DNA of 64,000 nt from an uncultured Gemmatimonadales bacterium (GCA_963729985.1 CAVSPJ010000008.1:652705-716704), one strand, 5' to 3'. Shown: positions 49,490 to 59,878, numbered from the stretch's first letter. Numbers and translations are program-made. Notes: a model not told the origin generated them from the sequence alone.

Positions 49490-50320
49490 ATGCTTCCCAA
49501 CGTCCCTGGGCGCCGGTGTAGCGCCGCCTCCGCACGTTTCGTCGCGGTGGCGCTCGTCGCCGGCTGCGGGAACAGCGACAGCAGTGGTCCCAACCCCCCG
49601 TCGGTGGGCAGAACGATCTACGCCGTGGACCTCTCGAATAACTTCGCGCTCTTTCACAGCGGCAGCCCCGGAACCGTAGACCGCAAGCTCTCGATCAGCG
49701 GGCTTCCGGTCGGCGAGCGCATCGTTGGCATCGATTTCCGCTCGTCCGACGGCAATCTTTACGGGGTTGGTACCGACAGCCGAGTCTACATCGTGGATAC
49801 GGTGACGGCTGCCGCCACGGCGGTCGGTGCGGCGTTCATTCCCGCGGTCTCTGGAGAGCACTTCGGGATGGTGATCGACCCGGCCACCGACGAGATCCGG
49901 CTCCAGAGCGCGGAGACTGGGCAGAACCTCCGTCTGGATCCGGCAACTGGCCAGGTGGTTGCCACGGATCCGGTACTGGCTTATGCCACCGGCGATCCCA
50001 ATGAGTCCGAAGCCCCCGCCCTCGTGGCCACCGCGGTCACCGGAGCCAGCCCGACGACCTATGGGATCGATTGGTCGCTCGACGTCTTCGTGATCATGTC
50101 CGACCCCGGCACGGGCGAGGTGACCACTGTGGGGCCTACCGGCACCTCCACCGCTCGGTGCGCCGCGCTCGATCTTGGGGGTGATGGGGTGATGTACGCA
50201 ACGATGACGACGAGCGGCATCAATAATCTCTACACCATGAATCTCAGCACCGGAGCCGCGACCCTGCTGGGAGAGATCGACCTGGTCGCATCGATCCAGA
50301 GCATCGCGATCCCGGACTAG
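49490..50320 (+). CDS. DUF4394 domain lipoprotein
   Basis: Lipobox ALVAGCG, then ...GERIVGIDFRSSDGNLYGVGTDSRVYIVD... Confidence 0.7.
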   Translation: MLPNVPGRRCSAASARFVAVALVAGCGNSDSSGPNPPSVGRTIYAVDLSNNFALFHSGSPGTVDRKLSISGLPVGERIVGIDFRSSDGNLYGVGTDSRVYIVDTVTAAATAVGAAFIPAVSGEHFGMVIDPATDEIRLQSAETGQNLRLDPATGQVVATDPVLAYATGDPNESEAPALVATAVTGASPTTYGIDWSLDVFVIMSDPGTGEVTTVGPTGTSTARCAALDLGGDGVMYATMTTSGINNLYTMNLSTGAATLLGEIDLVASIQSIAIPD

Positions 50321-50547
50321 CCCGGGTGGCGGCTCGGGCTCGGCGCGTGGGGATGGAGAGCCATGAGGAGTGCAAGCTGAATCCAGGCTCGGCGGACCAG
50401 CGACAGGTGCCTTGCCGTCGCGCAGGACGGGGAGCAACCTCCGGCGGACTGGGAAGCTCGACACCGCGAGATGGAGGCGAGGCTCCGGGAGATGGGCTGG
50501 CGCCCTAGCGCATGAAGGTGCCTCGAGACGTCGCAGATCGGAGTACG

Positions 50548-50973
50548 ATGCCCGCCGCGGACGCTCAGGCGGCAGCCGGCCGGGAGCGCGCCCGGTTGCC
50601 CCTGGAGGTGTTGCCCGACACTCTGGCCATCTGCCGCCTGCCGGCGGAGGCTCTCCTGCCACCGTGGGCGTCCTCGCCGGCATCGTTTCTCACCATCAGC
50701 CGTACGCCGGACGAGTTGTCGATTACCGTGGTGCAGGACGCCGTGCCTGCGGGAGTCCGGTGCGAGCGTGACTATCGCGCCGTCCGGGTCCGCGGCTCAT
50801 TGCCACCGACTCTCGTCGGCATCCTCCTGTCGATCGCGGAGCCCTTGGCCGAGGCGGGGCTGAGCATCTTCGCCATCTCCACCTACGAGACCGACTATGT
50901 CCTCGTCAAGGCGCGCGACCTCGCCGCGGCCCTCGATGCGCTGCGAGCCGCCGGCCATCGGGTCGGCCCCTGA
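50548..50973 (+). CDS. ACT-domain protein
   Basis: ...LAICRLPAEA...TISRTPDELSITV...GILLSIAEPLAEAGLSIFAISTYETDYVLV. Confidence 0.6.
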   Translation: MPAADAQAAAGRERARLPLEVLPDTLAICRLPAEALLPPWASSPASFLTISRTPDELSITVVQDAVPAGVRCERDYRAVRVRGSLPPTLVGILLSIAEPLAEAGLSIFAISTYETDYVLVKARDLAAALDALRAAGHRVGP

Positions 50974-51091
50974 CGGCCGGTCTTCGCACCGTCGCCATGT
51001 TTCTTGACGGCACCGCGGTCATCAGCTATCCACAGAGCTGGGGCTCTGAACACCCCGAGCCCTCTCGCTCGACCAAAGCTGCGGAGGACGC

Positions 51092-51592
51092 ATGAGTGCC
51101 GATGCACTACTGGCCGAACTGGAGCAAGAGGCGGGCCCGACCCGGCGAGTGCTGGAACGCGTGCCGGCGGGAAAGCTTGGGTGGCGTCCCAGTCCCAAGT
51201 CCATGACGCTGGGCCAGCTCGCCTGGCACGTCGCCACCATTCCCGGCAACATTTCCGGGCTGGCCCGGTTGGACGGCCTCGAGGCCGCCAACGTGAACTT
51301 CGAGCCGCGCATGCCGGACGAGGTCGGGGAGCTGATTCCCGCCTTTGACGCCGCGCTCGAGGACGCGAAAGCCTTTCTGCATGAGTTCGACTCGACATCG
51401 GCGGCCGCGCCGTGGCGGCTGAGTCAGAACGGCAAGGAGGTCTTCACGATTCCGAAAGCCGCCTTGATCCGGTCTCTCATGTTCAACCACTGGTACCACC
51501 ACCGGGGGCAACTGGTCGTCTACTTCCGCTGTCTGGATGTGCCGGTGCCGGCCGTGTACGGACGGAGCGCCGACGAAAAGACCTTTGGGTGA
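51092..51592 (+). CDS. DinB family protein
   Basis: ...LGQLAWHVATIPG...LMFNHWYHHRGQLVVYFR... Confidence 0.7.
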   Translation: MSADALLAELEQEAGPTRRVLERVPAGKLGWRPSPKSMTLGQLAWHVATIPGNISGLARLDGLEAANVNFEPRMPDEVGELIPAFDAALEDAKAFLHEFDSTSAAAPWRLSQNGKEVFTIPKAALIRSLMFNHWYHHRGQLVVYFRCLDVPVPAVYGRSADEKTFG

Positions 51593-51617
51593 GGTGGGCG
51601 GGACTGGCCTGCCCGGT

Positions 51618-52121
51618 ATGGTGCGGCATGGACGCGGCCTGTTCTGGGTTCTCGCCACCGGACTGGTCGTGGTGGTGCTGATGACCACCGGACATCTCCC
51701 TCCAGTGGTGGCGTCGCACTTCGACGCTGCCGGAGTCCCCAATGGCTGGTCGAGCCGCCCGGCATACGCGCTCCTGCTGATCGCCGTGGGCGCCGTGCTT
51801 CCGCTCGGAACCATCGGCCTGGTGAACGCCGTGACCCGGGGCGGCCCGGAGCGGCTCAACATTCCCGCTCGGGAGCACTGGACTCGCGCCGAACACCGCC
51901 ACGAGGCGGTCCGGCGGGTGCGGGCCTACATGTGGTGGCTCGGGTGTGCGATGGCGGGAATCGCTCTCGCGATTCATGGGTTGGTGCTGGCGGCCCATAC
52001 CCATCTACCGCCTCAGCTCAGTTCCGCCGGGGTGGCCATCGTGCTCGGAGCGGCTGTGGCCGCCATCGGTGCGTGGATCGCCGGCTGGTATCGGCTGTTG
52101 CGGCGGCCGCCCGCCCATTGA
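51618..52121 (+). CDS. DUF1648 domain membrane protein
   Basis: ...LPPVVASHFDAAGVPNGWSSR... with 4 TM segments. Confidence 0.6.
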   Translation: MVRHGRGLFWVLATGLVVVVLMTTGHLPPVVASHFDAAGVPNGWSSRPAYALLLIAVGAVLPLGTIGLVNAVTRGGPERLNIPAREHWTRAEHRHEAVRRVRAYMWWLGCAMAGIALAIHGLVLAAHTHLPPQLSSAGVAIVLGAAVAAIGAWIAGWYRLLRRPPAH

Positions 52122-52178
52122 GTGCTGGCGCGCCGGGCGCGGCCGACGGACCCCGTCGGCCGGACCAGGAGGTCCCGG

Positions 52179-52595
52179 ATGAACGGCAAGGCTCCCCTGT
52201 ACCTGATGTTCCTGGCGGCGGGTATCCTCGCCACGGCCCTGCTCACGTTCCAGCCCTACTCCGCGGATTGGCCGGGCCGGGATTACGTCCAGCCGGCACA
52301 GCGCTACCTCAAAGCGGCCATCCGGCAGGACTCGGTGCGGCTCCTGGGGATGTCGGCCTCGGTGTCGCCGGTCTTGTGGGCGTTGGGCGCCGCCCGTGCG
52401 CATCCCGATACTCTGGCGCTCTGGGGACGGCTGGTTACAGCTTGGACGGGGGAGCGGCGGGGCGATACTACCGAGGTCTTCGTGTATCCGCCGGGGGACG
52501 CGTGCCGCGGTGCGCCGATCGTGCTCCGGTTCGTCGGCTCGGGGAACCAGGCGCGAGTGCTGCGGGCGAGCTCGGACTGCCTTGATCTCAGGTAG
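52179..52595 (+). CDS. hypothetical membrane-anchored protein
   Basis: ATG 52179 after AGGAGG. One N-terminal TM segment. Confidence 0.5.
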   Translation: MNGKAPLYLMFLAAGILATALLTFQPYSADWPGRDYVQPAQRYLKAAIRQDSVRLLGMSASVSPVLWALGAARAHPDTLALWGRLVTAWTGERRGDTTEVFVYPPGDACRGAPIVLRFVGSGNQARVLRASSDCLDLR

Positions 52596-52626
52596 TGCCC
52601 TCCCAATCCCTCACAGAGAGCCGGTC

Positions 52627-53178
52627 TTGAATCGATCCCCGTCTGGCCGTCCTGGAGCCGGCGAGTTCGCGGAATACGCCACGACGGACATCGACCAGGT
52701 TCCCGGAAACGATGCCGTCGAGGCCCTGGGCGCGGTGGCCGGCCAGACGCTCGCCTTGCTCGAGCCGGTCGGAGAAGACGCCGCAAGCGGGCTCAGCTAC
52801 GCGCCGGGCAAGTGGACCCTGAAGGAAATCGTCGGCCATCTGGCCGACGACGAGCGCATCTTTGCCTACCGGGCGCTCTGTATCGCCCGCGGCGACCCTC
52901 GTGCGTTGCCGGGCTTCGACGAGAAATTGTACGTCGCCGGCGCCGGGTTCGAGCGCCGATCCTTGGCCGCCCTTCTTGCCGAGTACCGCGCGGTCCGGCA
53001 GGGGACCATCGCGTTGCTCATCGGTCTGCCGGACGGCGCCTGGCTGCACCGCGGCATCGTCAACGGGTACTCCGCCTCGGTGCGGGGCCTGGCTTTCCAT
53101 ATCGCCGGCCACGAGCTCCATCATCTCCGGGTCCTGCGAGACAAGTACCTGCCCGGGTCGAATCCGCCGAGGCCCTGA
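52627..53178 (+). CDS. DinB family protein (paralog of 63287-63862)
   Basis: ...YAPGKWTLKEIVGHLADDERIFAYRALCIARGDPRALPGFDE...IAGHELHHLRVL. TTG start is uncertain. Confidence 0.65.
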   Translation: MNRSPSGRPGAGEFAEYATTDIDQVPGNDAVEALGAVAGQTLALLEPVGEDAASGLSYAPGKWTLKEIVGHLADDERIFAYRALCIARGDPRALPGFDEKLYVAGAGFERRSLAALLAEYRAVRQGTIALLIGLPDGAWLHRGIVNGYSASVRGLAFHIAGHELHHLRVLRDKYLPGSNPPRP

Positions 53179-53285
53179 GCGCGTGGCGATCCTGCGCCAT
53201 CCGGACCGATGGAGTACCATTCCTTGACGGGGCAGGCATCGGTTTGCCCCCGGCGGCTCCCCCCTGTTAGAAAGTAGGTCGCGGT

Positions 53286-53561
53286 ATGGCCTCGCACCTG
53301 GCCCTCATCGAGCGCTCGAACCACCGGGATCTGGATCACGTGGAAGTTCAGGTCACCGTCACGGAACTGAGTACCGGCCGCCAGTCCTGGAGCGGGGAGT
53401 TTCAGTCGCGCAGCGTCGACGGCATTCTTCCCAACGAGCGGCTCTCGTTGACGTTGGACAACGGGCAGAAGGGCGCGGCAAGAGTCAGCGAAACCCGCTT
53501 CGACAGCCGCACTCCCGACGCGACCATCGTGCACTTCACCGGCACGGGACCGTTGGCGTAG
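53286..53561 (+). CDS. hypothetical protein
   Basis: 91-aa ORF. No family recognised. Confidence 0.4.
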   Translation: MASHLALIERSNHRDLDHVEVQVTVTELSTGRQSWSGEFQSRSVDGILPNERLSLTLDNGQKGAARVSETRFDSRTPDATIVHFTGTGPLA

Positions 53562-53666
53562 GCCACGACCGGGGCACCCCAGGCATCCCGGACGAGGGCT
53601 GGAGCGGGGCCGGAGAGTCACACGAGTTGAAGCCCACCCTCGAGCACCCGACTCCGTGAGCCCGAC

Positions 53667-54017
53667 ATGCACGAGGAGATGACCACGACCGCCTTCACGC
53701 TCGACGGCTACCGCATCGTCGAGTCCCTGGGAGTCGTTCGCGGGGTGACGGTGCGGTCCCGGTCATTGCTGGGAACGATCGGCGCCAGGGTCGAGACCCT
53801 CATCGGCGGCCACATCACGATACTGACCTCGCTGTGCGAGCGCGCGCGGGCCGACGCCTTCGACATTCTCCTGGCGCATGCCCAGCGACGGGGAGCGAAC
53901 GCGATCGTCGGAGTCCGCTACGATGCCACGGAGATCATGTCCGGCGTGACCGAGGTGCTGTGCTACGGCACCGCCGTGATCGTCGAGCCGCTTGAGGCGT
54001 ACGGAGAGACCCCGTGA
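53667..54017 (+). CDS. YbjQ (UPF0145) family protein
   Basis: ...[22 protein letters not shown]...[15 protein letters not shown]...[10 protein letters not shown]. Confidence 0.8.
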   Translation: MHEEMTTTAFTLDGYRIVESLGVVRGVTVRSRSLLGTIGARVETLIGGHITILTSLCERARADAFDILLAHAQRRGANAIVGVRYDATEIMSGVTEVLCYGTAVIVEPLEAYGETP

Positions 54018-54048
54018 GACGCTCGAAGTCACCCACACGGAGCGCCGT

Positions 54049-54414
54049 ATGAGTTCGAGGGAGCATGATCGCCGCATCGACTACATCGAGTTTGCCGTCG
54101 CCGATGTCTCGGCGGCAAAGCGGTTCTACAGCTCGGTCTTCGGCTGGGTGTTCACCGACTATGGTCCGGACTACACCAGTTTCGTGGATGGCCGGTTGAG
54201 CGGCGGCTTCCGGGGTGGTGAAGCGGCGCGGGCGGGCGGCCCGCTGGTGGTCATCTACGCCACCGACCTGGAGGCCGTCGCTTCGGCGGTGCAGTCCGCT
54301 GGCGGCAAGATCACCCGGCCGATCTTCGACTTTCCCGGTGGCCGGCGGTTCCACTTTCGTGATCCTTGCGGGCAGGAGCTGGCGGTGTGGTCCGATCCGA
54401 TCGAGCAGGGCTGA
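54049..54414 (+). CDS. VOC/glyoxalase family protein
   Basis: ...IDYIEFAVADVSAAKRFYSSVFGW...RFHFRDPCGQELAVWS. Confidence 0.7.
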   Translation: MSSREHDRRIDYIEFAVADVSAAKRFYSSVFGWVFTDYGPDYTSFVDGRLSGGFRGGEAARAGGPLVVIYATDLEAVASAVQSAGGKITRPIFDFPGGRRFHFRDPCGQELAVWSDPIEQG

Positions 54415-54435
54415 GAGAGGGGCCTGGGTGGTTCA

Positions 54436-54885
54436 ATGGACCGGATACGAGCCGGGCGTGCCTGGTGCGCGTTATGTGGGACCGGCATCAAAGTGGACGA
54501 CGACGCACTCCTCACCCCGGATTTCATCGCCGACGAGCTGGAGCCCCTGTGGCGGTTCTCGGACGCCGCGATGCACCGGGCATGCTTCCTGGTCTGGGAT
54601 CGGCGACAGACCTTCGTGGCGCGGTACAATCGCCTGGCCCGGCGCTGGCTGGCGCCGGACGGATGGCGCTGGCATATGACCAGTGAGGGAGACCTCGTGC
54701 GCGAACTTCAACCGCCCGCCATGGCGCCCACGACCAGCAACGGCTCCACCCCCTTTGCGACCTCCTCGGGCAGAGGCGAATCGGGCGGCTGGTGGGAAAG
54801 GTCCTGCTCGCAGGCGAAGAACCGCACGAAGGGCCGGCGCCGGTGGGTCACGTGGCCGCGGATCGTGCCTCGCAAGACCGGGTAG
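54436..54885 (+). CDS. hypothetical Cys-containing protein (3' end doubtful)
   Basis: [22 protein letters not shown]...HRACFLVWD... The last ~180 nt are antisense to the MoaD-like gene and translate to low-complexity sequence. Confidence 0.4.
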   Translation: MDRIRAGRAWCALCGTGIKVDDDALLTPDFIADELEPLWRFSDAAMHRACFLVWDRRQTFVARYNRLARRWLAPDGWRWHMTSEGDLVRELQPPAMAPTTSNGSTPFATSSGRGESGGWWERSCSQAKNRTKGRRRWVTWPRIVPRKTG

Positions 54886-55004
54886 CTGGCTTCGAGCGCG
54901 TCCAGCACGGACCGCTGGGTGGCCGGCCCCTCCACCTGGAGCGTGATTTCCTCGCCGACCCGGGCCAGCGTGCGCAGGTGCGGTGGGAGCACGACCCGGA
55001 TCAT
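54708..55004 (-). CDS. MoaD/ThiS-like ubiquitin-fold protein ending in Gly-Gly
   Basis: [38 protein letters not shown]...[12 protein letters not shown]. Its ATG overlaps the upstream TGA as ATGA. Confidence 0.7.
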   Translation of the reverse strand: MIRVVLPPHLRTLARVGEEITLQVEGPATQRSVLDALEASYPVLRGTIRGHVTHRRRPFVRFFACEQDLSHQPPDSPLPEEVAKGVEPLLVVGAMAGG

Positions 55005-56116
55005 CGGAGCGTCTGTGCCTCCACCGACAGGACCGCGGGAAGGTCCCGGACCAGCGGTGCCCAGCTGTCGCCCGCGTCGAACGACCCGTACACCTGTCCG
55101 CCGGTGGTGCCGAAGTACACTCCGCACGACTCGAGCGAGTCGACCGCCATCGCGTCCCGTAAGACGTTGACGTAGCAGTCGCGCTGCGGCAGACCCTGGG
55201 TGAGCGCCTCCCACTCGTTCCCTCCCGTCCGGCTGCGGTACACCCGCAACTTTCCTTCCGGCGGATAGTGTTCCGAGTCGCTCTTGATCGGGACCACGTA
55301 GATGGTATCCGGCTCGTGCGCGTGAACGTCGATGGGAAACCCGAAATCGGTCGGCAGGTTTCCGCTGATCTCTTTCCACGAATCCCCGCCGTCGTCGCTG
55401 CGCATCACGTCCCAGTGTTTCTGCATGAACAGCACGTCCGGGCGCGAGGGATGCATCGCGATGCGGTGGACGCAATGGCCTACCTCGGCATTGGGATCGG
55501 GAATCCCCTGGGACTGGAGTCCGCGGTTCACCGGACGCCAGGTCTTGCCCGCGTCCTCGCTGCGGAACGCACCCGCCGCCGAAATGGCGATGAAGATCCG
55601 CGCCGGATCCTTGGGATCGAGCAGGATCGTATGGAGGCACATCCCGCCGGCACCCGGCTGCCATCGAGGGCCCGACCCGTGACAGCGCAGCCCGGAGAGC
55701 TCCTCCCAGGTGCGGCCTCCGTCGGACGAGCGGAAGAGCGCCGCGTCCTCCACCCCGGCGTAGACCGTGTCGGGGTCGGTCAGCGACGGCTCAAGGTGCC
55801 AGACCCGCGCGAATTCCCACGGATGCTGGGTGCCGTCGTACCACTGGTGCGTGCCGGGGACGCCGTCGTACCGGAACTCGTTGCCGACCGCCTCCCAGGT
55901 CTTGCCACCGTCGTTGGAGCGCTGCATCACCTGCCCGAACCACCCGCTGGACTGCGACGCGTACAACCGGGTCGGGTCCACCGGCGACCCCTTGACGTGG
56001 TAGATCTCCCAGCCCGCGAAATGGGGGCCGCTGACGCTCCACCGTTGACGCTTGCCGTCGGCCGTGAGCACGAACGCGCCCTTACGGGTGCCGACGAGTA
56101 AACGTACACCGCTCAT
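55001..56116 (-). CDS. BNR/Asp-box repeat (sialidase-fold) protein
   Basis: Asp-boxes [32 protein letters not shown] and FDAGDSW. Confidence 0.75.
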   Translation of the reverse strand: MSGVRLLVGTRKGAFVLTADGKRQRWSVSGPHFAGWEIYHVKGSPVDPTRLYASQSSGWFGQVMQRSNDGGKTWEAVGNEFRYDGVPGTHQWYDGTQHPWEFARVWHLEPSLTDPDTVYAGVEDAALFRSSDGGRTWEELSGLRCHGSGPRWQPGAGGMCLHTILLDPKDPARIFIAISAAGAFRSEDAGKTWRPVNRGLQSQGIPDPNAEVGHCVHRIAMHPSRPDVLFMQKHWDVMRSDDGGDSWKEISGNLPTDFGFPIDVHAHEPDTIYVVPIKSDSEHYPPEGKLRVYRSRTGGNEWEALTQGLPQRDCYVNVLRDAMAVDSLESCGVYFGTTGGQVYGSFDAGDSWAPLVRDLPAVLSVEAQTLR

Positions 56117-56318
56117 CCTGGGGCTCCCTTCGAGAGGACCGTGGGAAGTTCTGGCGGCGAGCATCGTGCTCGCCATAACATATAGTCGAACGAGCGGGCG
56201 ACCAATCGACATCCCGGCTCGCGTCCCTCAGGTGCCCCCACGGCAGTCGGTCGGATCCCGAGTCTCGACAGCGACCGGCCGCCGTCCAAGCCGATGTGCT
56301 CCACTCGTCTCCTGCGTC

Positions 56319-57056
56319 ATGACCAACCGCTCAATCCAGCCGGCCTCGAAGCCCTGGGAAAGCAGGACCCCGGCCGCGGTGGGCTTCCGCGCGGTGACCG
56401 TCCTGCTGCTGGCGTGTAGCGCCGCCGACCGGGAGGCCCCGAACATCGGGGAATTCCGGATCGCCAAGCCCGCCAACAGCGGGGACGCACAGGTCGGCGT
56501 CGCCGGCGTCAGGCTGCCGGACAGCCTTCGGGTGGTGGTCACCCGAAACGACAAGCCCGCGGCAGGGGTGACCGTCGTCTGGTTCACGACGGAGGGCTCG
56601 GTGAACCCGGCGACCGTTCGCACCGGACCCGACGGCATGGCGGCCACCACCTGGACGCCCCTTCTGCTCTTCGCGGAGCAGTTCATGACGGCCCGGGTCG
56701 ATGGAGACGGCGGAGCGGCCGTCGGCTTCACCGCCATCGCGACTCCCGATCCCGACGCCCCCAACACGATCCTGGTGCTGGGCGCCGGCGCCGGCCGGTT
56801 CGAGCCCGCCGAGCTGACGGTGCCGGTCGGGGGCAGTGTCAACTGGTTCTGGCCGCCGGGGAGTGTCGGACATAACATCGTGCCCGACGATGGGGACTCC
56901 CCACCCCAGTCCGGGGCCCCGGCCGACTGGCCCAAGTGGCACGTCTTCCAATTCACCGCCCCTGGCGTGTATCACTACCATTGTTCGGTTCACGGCGGTC
57001 CGGGCGGCGTCGGGATGTCCGGTACCGTCACGGTGAAGCCGGTGATACCCGAGTAG
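56319..57056 (+). CDS. secreted cupredoxin (plastocyanin/azurin-like) domain protein
   Basis: ...GHNIVPDDG...YHYHCSVHGGPGGVGMSGTVTV (Cu-ligand pattern H...C..H....M). Confidence 0.65.
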   Translation: MTNRSIQPASKPWESRTPAAVGFRAVTVLLLACSAADREAPNIGEFRIAKPANSGDAQVGVAGVRLPDSLRVVVTRNDKPAAGVTVVWFTTEGSVNPATVRTGPDGMAATTWTPLLLFAEQFMTARVDGDGGAAVGFTAIATPDPDAPNTILVLGAGAGRFEPAELTVPVGGSVNWFWPPGSVGHNIVPDDGDSPPQSGAPADWPKWHVFQFTAPGVYHYHCSVHGGPGGVGMSGTVTVKPVIPE

Positions 57057-57061
57057 GTGGC

Positions 57062-57520
57062 ATGAATTCCTGGCATGCCCTGCTGGGTCCTCTGCCCGAC
57101 GGGGCGACCCCGCGGGCGTCGCCCGTGATCCCGCCGGCGCAGCAGGCGTCGGCTCTCATGGCGCCGGTCGCCGGGTGGGAGACCCTCATCCTCGAGCTCT
57201 CGGCCGGGTCTGCCGGCCTGCGGATTCTCCAGGTGCTGCTGGACGCCACCGGCCAGACTCTAAGCGCCTCCGACCATGTGCTCTTTCGATCCGGGCCCAC
57301 CGGCGGACCCGGGCCGGTGCTGATCCGTCAGGAGAGCATCGGAGGACGCCTGGAGCCCGATGGGAGTTTCCGGGGAACCTTCTGGCTGGTCACCGGTCCC
57401 GAGCCGGTCGACGAGGAAGATCCCCAATGGGAGATGCGCCCCAGGGAGCCCACGAAGGAGGAGGTAGCTGTCCTGAAGCAGCTGGTTGCCGAGGTCGTGC
57501 GAAGGCGGCCGCCGCCGTGA
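57062..57520 (+). CDS. hypothetical protein
   Basis: 152-aa ORF from ATG 57062. Confidence 0.45.
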   Translation: MNSWHALLGPLPDGATPRASPVIPPAQQASALMAPVAGWETLILELSAGSAGLRILQVLLDATGQTLSASDHVLFRSGPTGGPGPVLIRQESIGGRLEPDGSFRGTFWLVTGPEPVDEEDPQWEMRPREPTKEEVAVLKQLVAEVVRRRPPP

Positions 57521-57545
57521 TCCTCGCCATCGGGTCGAATCCGAC

Positions 57546-57851
57546 ATGGTCACCTACGAGATAACGACGGTCGTCGAGCCGCGGCTCATCGAGGCGTACG
57601 AGCGATACATGCGGCAGGTGCACATCCCTGACCTCCTGGCCACCGGGTGCTTTCAGGGCGCGGCGCTGACCCGGTCGGCAGTCGGCCGGTATCGCGTCCG
57701 CTATGAGGCAGCGTCCCAAACGGACCTCGACCGCTACCTCACCACCCATGCGGCCCGGCTTCGGGAGGACTTCGCCTCACATTTTCCCGACGGCGTCTCG
57801 GCCTCGCGCGAGGTGTGGAGCGCAATCGAAACCTGGGAGCGTCACCGCTGA
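57546..57851 (+). CDS. DUF4286 family protein
   Basis: MVTYEITTVVEPRLIEAYERYMRQVHIPDLLATGCF... Confidence 0.65.
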   Translation: MVTYEITTVVEPRLIEAYERYMRQVHIPDLLATGCFQGAALTRSAVGRYRVRYEAASQTDLDRYLTTHAARLREDFASHFPDGVSASREVWSAIETWERHR

Positions 57852-58789
57852 GGCTGGCCTCGCAGAAACCGAACCACCGCGGGCACCACGACCCCCGGCT
57901 GCTCCAGGTGCGCCAGATGCGCCGCCGAGTCCACCGCGACGAGCGTCGCCCGCGGCATGGCCGCCTTCAGTGCCTCGCTGTCCCTGAACGGCGCCACCGG
58001 GTCCTGTTTCCCCCAGACGATGAGCACCGGCCGCGGGGACTCGCCCAGCCTCCGGATCTGTTCCATCTGGTGGGGCGCGACCGCGATCGCGGCGCGGGTG
58101 CGCCGGAGGCTCTCGCGCGTACCTTCGAACTGCTGCTGGATCCGGTAGCGGGTCACCCACTCGGGATGCCGTTCGGGGTGGAGGAAATCGGAGCGCTGGC
58201 CGTCGGCTATCGCGTCGCCGCCACCCCTGAGCACCATGTAGACGTTCCAGGCCCACGCCGAGCGCTCCTCGGGAGGGAGCGGCCGCTGGGTGTTGAAGAC
58301 CGGGTCGAAGTAGATCAGCGACCGGACCCGCTCCGGATGTCGGTCCGCGAAACTGGTGATGATCGCACCGCCGAACGAGAGCCCGGCGAGGTCCACCGGC
58401 GTCGTGATGCCCAGTGAATCCAGCAAGCCGGTGAGCTGGCGAACGAACAGGTCCTGGTCGTAGGCCGCGTCGGGCCGGTCGGACCAGCCTCGGCCGTAGT
58501 AGTCGTAGCGGACGACGCGGAACCCGGAGTCGGCCAGCCCTTGGTACAGCGAGTCCCAGATGTACGCCGGAACCGAGAAGCCCGCGGCCAGAACCACGTT
58601 CCGGCCGGTGTCGGGACCCAGCCTCTCGTAGTGGGTGACGCCGTCCGCCAAACGAACGAACCGTCCCGGCGACTCGGAGCGTGCGGCATCGTCGAGGGCT
58701 CGGCGCTCGGGGTCCTTGGCACGATAGATCAGCAACAGGCCGGTGCACGCCATCAGCAAGGCGGCGAATGCCCAGCGAAGCAGGCGCAT
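57842..58789 (-). CDS. alpha/beta hydrolase
   Basis: ...VVLAAGFSVP...DLAGLSFGG (nucleophile elbow)...VLIVWGKQD...SAAHLAHLEQP. Confidence 0.75.
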   Translation of the reverse strand: MRLLRWAFAALLMACTGLLLIYRAKDPERRALDDAARSESPGRFVRLADGVTHYERLGPDTGRNVVLAAGFSVPAYIWDSLYQGLADSGFRVVRYDYYGRGWSDRPDAAYDQDLFVRQLTGLLDSLGITTPVDLAGLSFGGAIITSFADRHPERVRSLIYFDPVFNTQRPLPPEERSAWAWNVYMVLRGGGDAIADGQRSDFLHPERHPEWVTRYRIQQQFEGTRESLRRTRAAIAVAPHQMEQIRRLGESPRPVLIVWGKQDPVAPFRDSEALKAAMPRATLVAVDSAAHLAHLEQPGVVVPAVVRFLRGQPQR

Positions 58790-58818
58790 CACGACCCAGG
58801 GGCAAGGAGTGGTGAGAA

Positions 58819-59070
58819 GTGGCAACCGCGACCGACGACTTCGATCCGGAAGACCCGGGTGAACCGCCCGAAGCAGCATTCGACACCTGGGACACGCAGG
58901 CCGAGGTCTGCTGCCCCTGCTGCGGGGAGATGGTGACCATCGGTCTCGATCCCGGCGGCGGCGCCGTGCAGGCCTACATCGAGGATTGCCAGATCTGTTG
59001 TCGGCCGTGGCGGGTCAGGGTGGTGTATGACCACGGCGGCCTGGCTCAGGTCGAGGTGGAGCCGGCATGA
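58819..59070 (+). CDS. CPXCG-motif cysteine-rich protein
   Basis: ...VCCPCCGEMVTIGLDPGGGAVQAYIEDCQICCRPW... Confidence 0.7.
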   Translation: MATATDDFDPEDPGEPPEAAFDTWDTQAEVCCPCCGEMVTIGLDPGGGAVQAYIEDCQICCRPWRVRVVYDHGGLAQVEVEPA

Positions 59071-59174
59071 AACTGTCGCTCAGGGTACGACGGGGATCGG
59101 TGCCGGCCGGTTTCCGACTCCACCCGCTACACCACCGCGATCCGGGCGCTGTTCGCCGCCCCCCGAGGAGCGGC

Positions 59175-59444
59175 CTAAGGCCGCTCCTCGGGGTGCCGGC
59201 GCAACCAGGCTCGCACGTAGGGACACGTCGCCATGACCCGCATGCCGTTCTCGCGGGCGTAGCTCAGGGCCGCGCGGACCAGCGCGTCCCCGATGCCGTG
59301 CCCCTGTCCGGATGGCGGCACCTCGGTATGCTGGAGGTCGAGCACGTCCTCGCTGAACGGCGCGTAGAACAGCTCCGCGTCTCCGTCGGCAAGCGGCAGG
59401 AAGAAGCGGGAAGCTCCGGGGTCGTGGCGAACGGACATGAACAT
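59175..59444 (-). CDS. small GNAT-fold N-acetyltransferase (YjdJ-like)
   Basis: ...FYAPFSEDVLDLQHTEVPPSGQGHGIGDALVRAALSYARENGMRVMATCPYV. Confidence 0.6.
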   Translation of the reverse strand: MFMSVRHDPGASRFFLPLADGDAELFYAPFSEDVLDLQHTEVPPSGQGHGIGDALVRAALSYARENGMRVMATCPYVRAWLRRHPEERP

Positions 59445-59615
59445 GCTCAGCGGACAGGGATGCGAGCGAGGTCGGACGGGAACCGATGCGCCCCGGCGGT
59501 CGGAATATGATGTGGCGGGGAAGCCGCCGGACGCAACCGGCGTGCGGACGGAGATCATTCTCCTACGCGACAAGCCTTGAGGCGGGGCGGTCCGGTGACA
59601 TGACACGGAGGTGGG

Positions 59616-59822
59616 ATGAGCTGGTGGCGAAACCTGTTCCGGGGTGGCGAGCGGCCGGAGGAGACCATGCGCCTGACGCGGCGCGTCATGGATCTGTTCG
59701 CGGAAGGCAAGTCCGACGCGGATGCCGAGCGCGCGCTGTTCCGGGAAGGCGTGCCGGTCGACCGGGCGCGTTCCATCGTCGCGGAGGTGCGCCGGGTACA
59801 GCAACGAATCCGGGGGCACTAG
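59616..59822 (+). CDS. hypothetical small protein
   Basis: 68-aa ORF. Confidence 0.35.
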   Translation: MSWWRNLFRGGERPEETMRLTRRVMDLFAEGKSDADAERALFREGVPVDRARSIVAEVRRVQQRIRGH

Positions 59823-59878
59823 GAAGCCGGCGGCTCCTGGCGCTCCACCCCGGTCGCCAACCATGATTCAGCCTGCTC

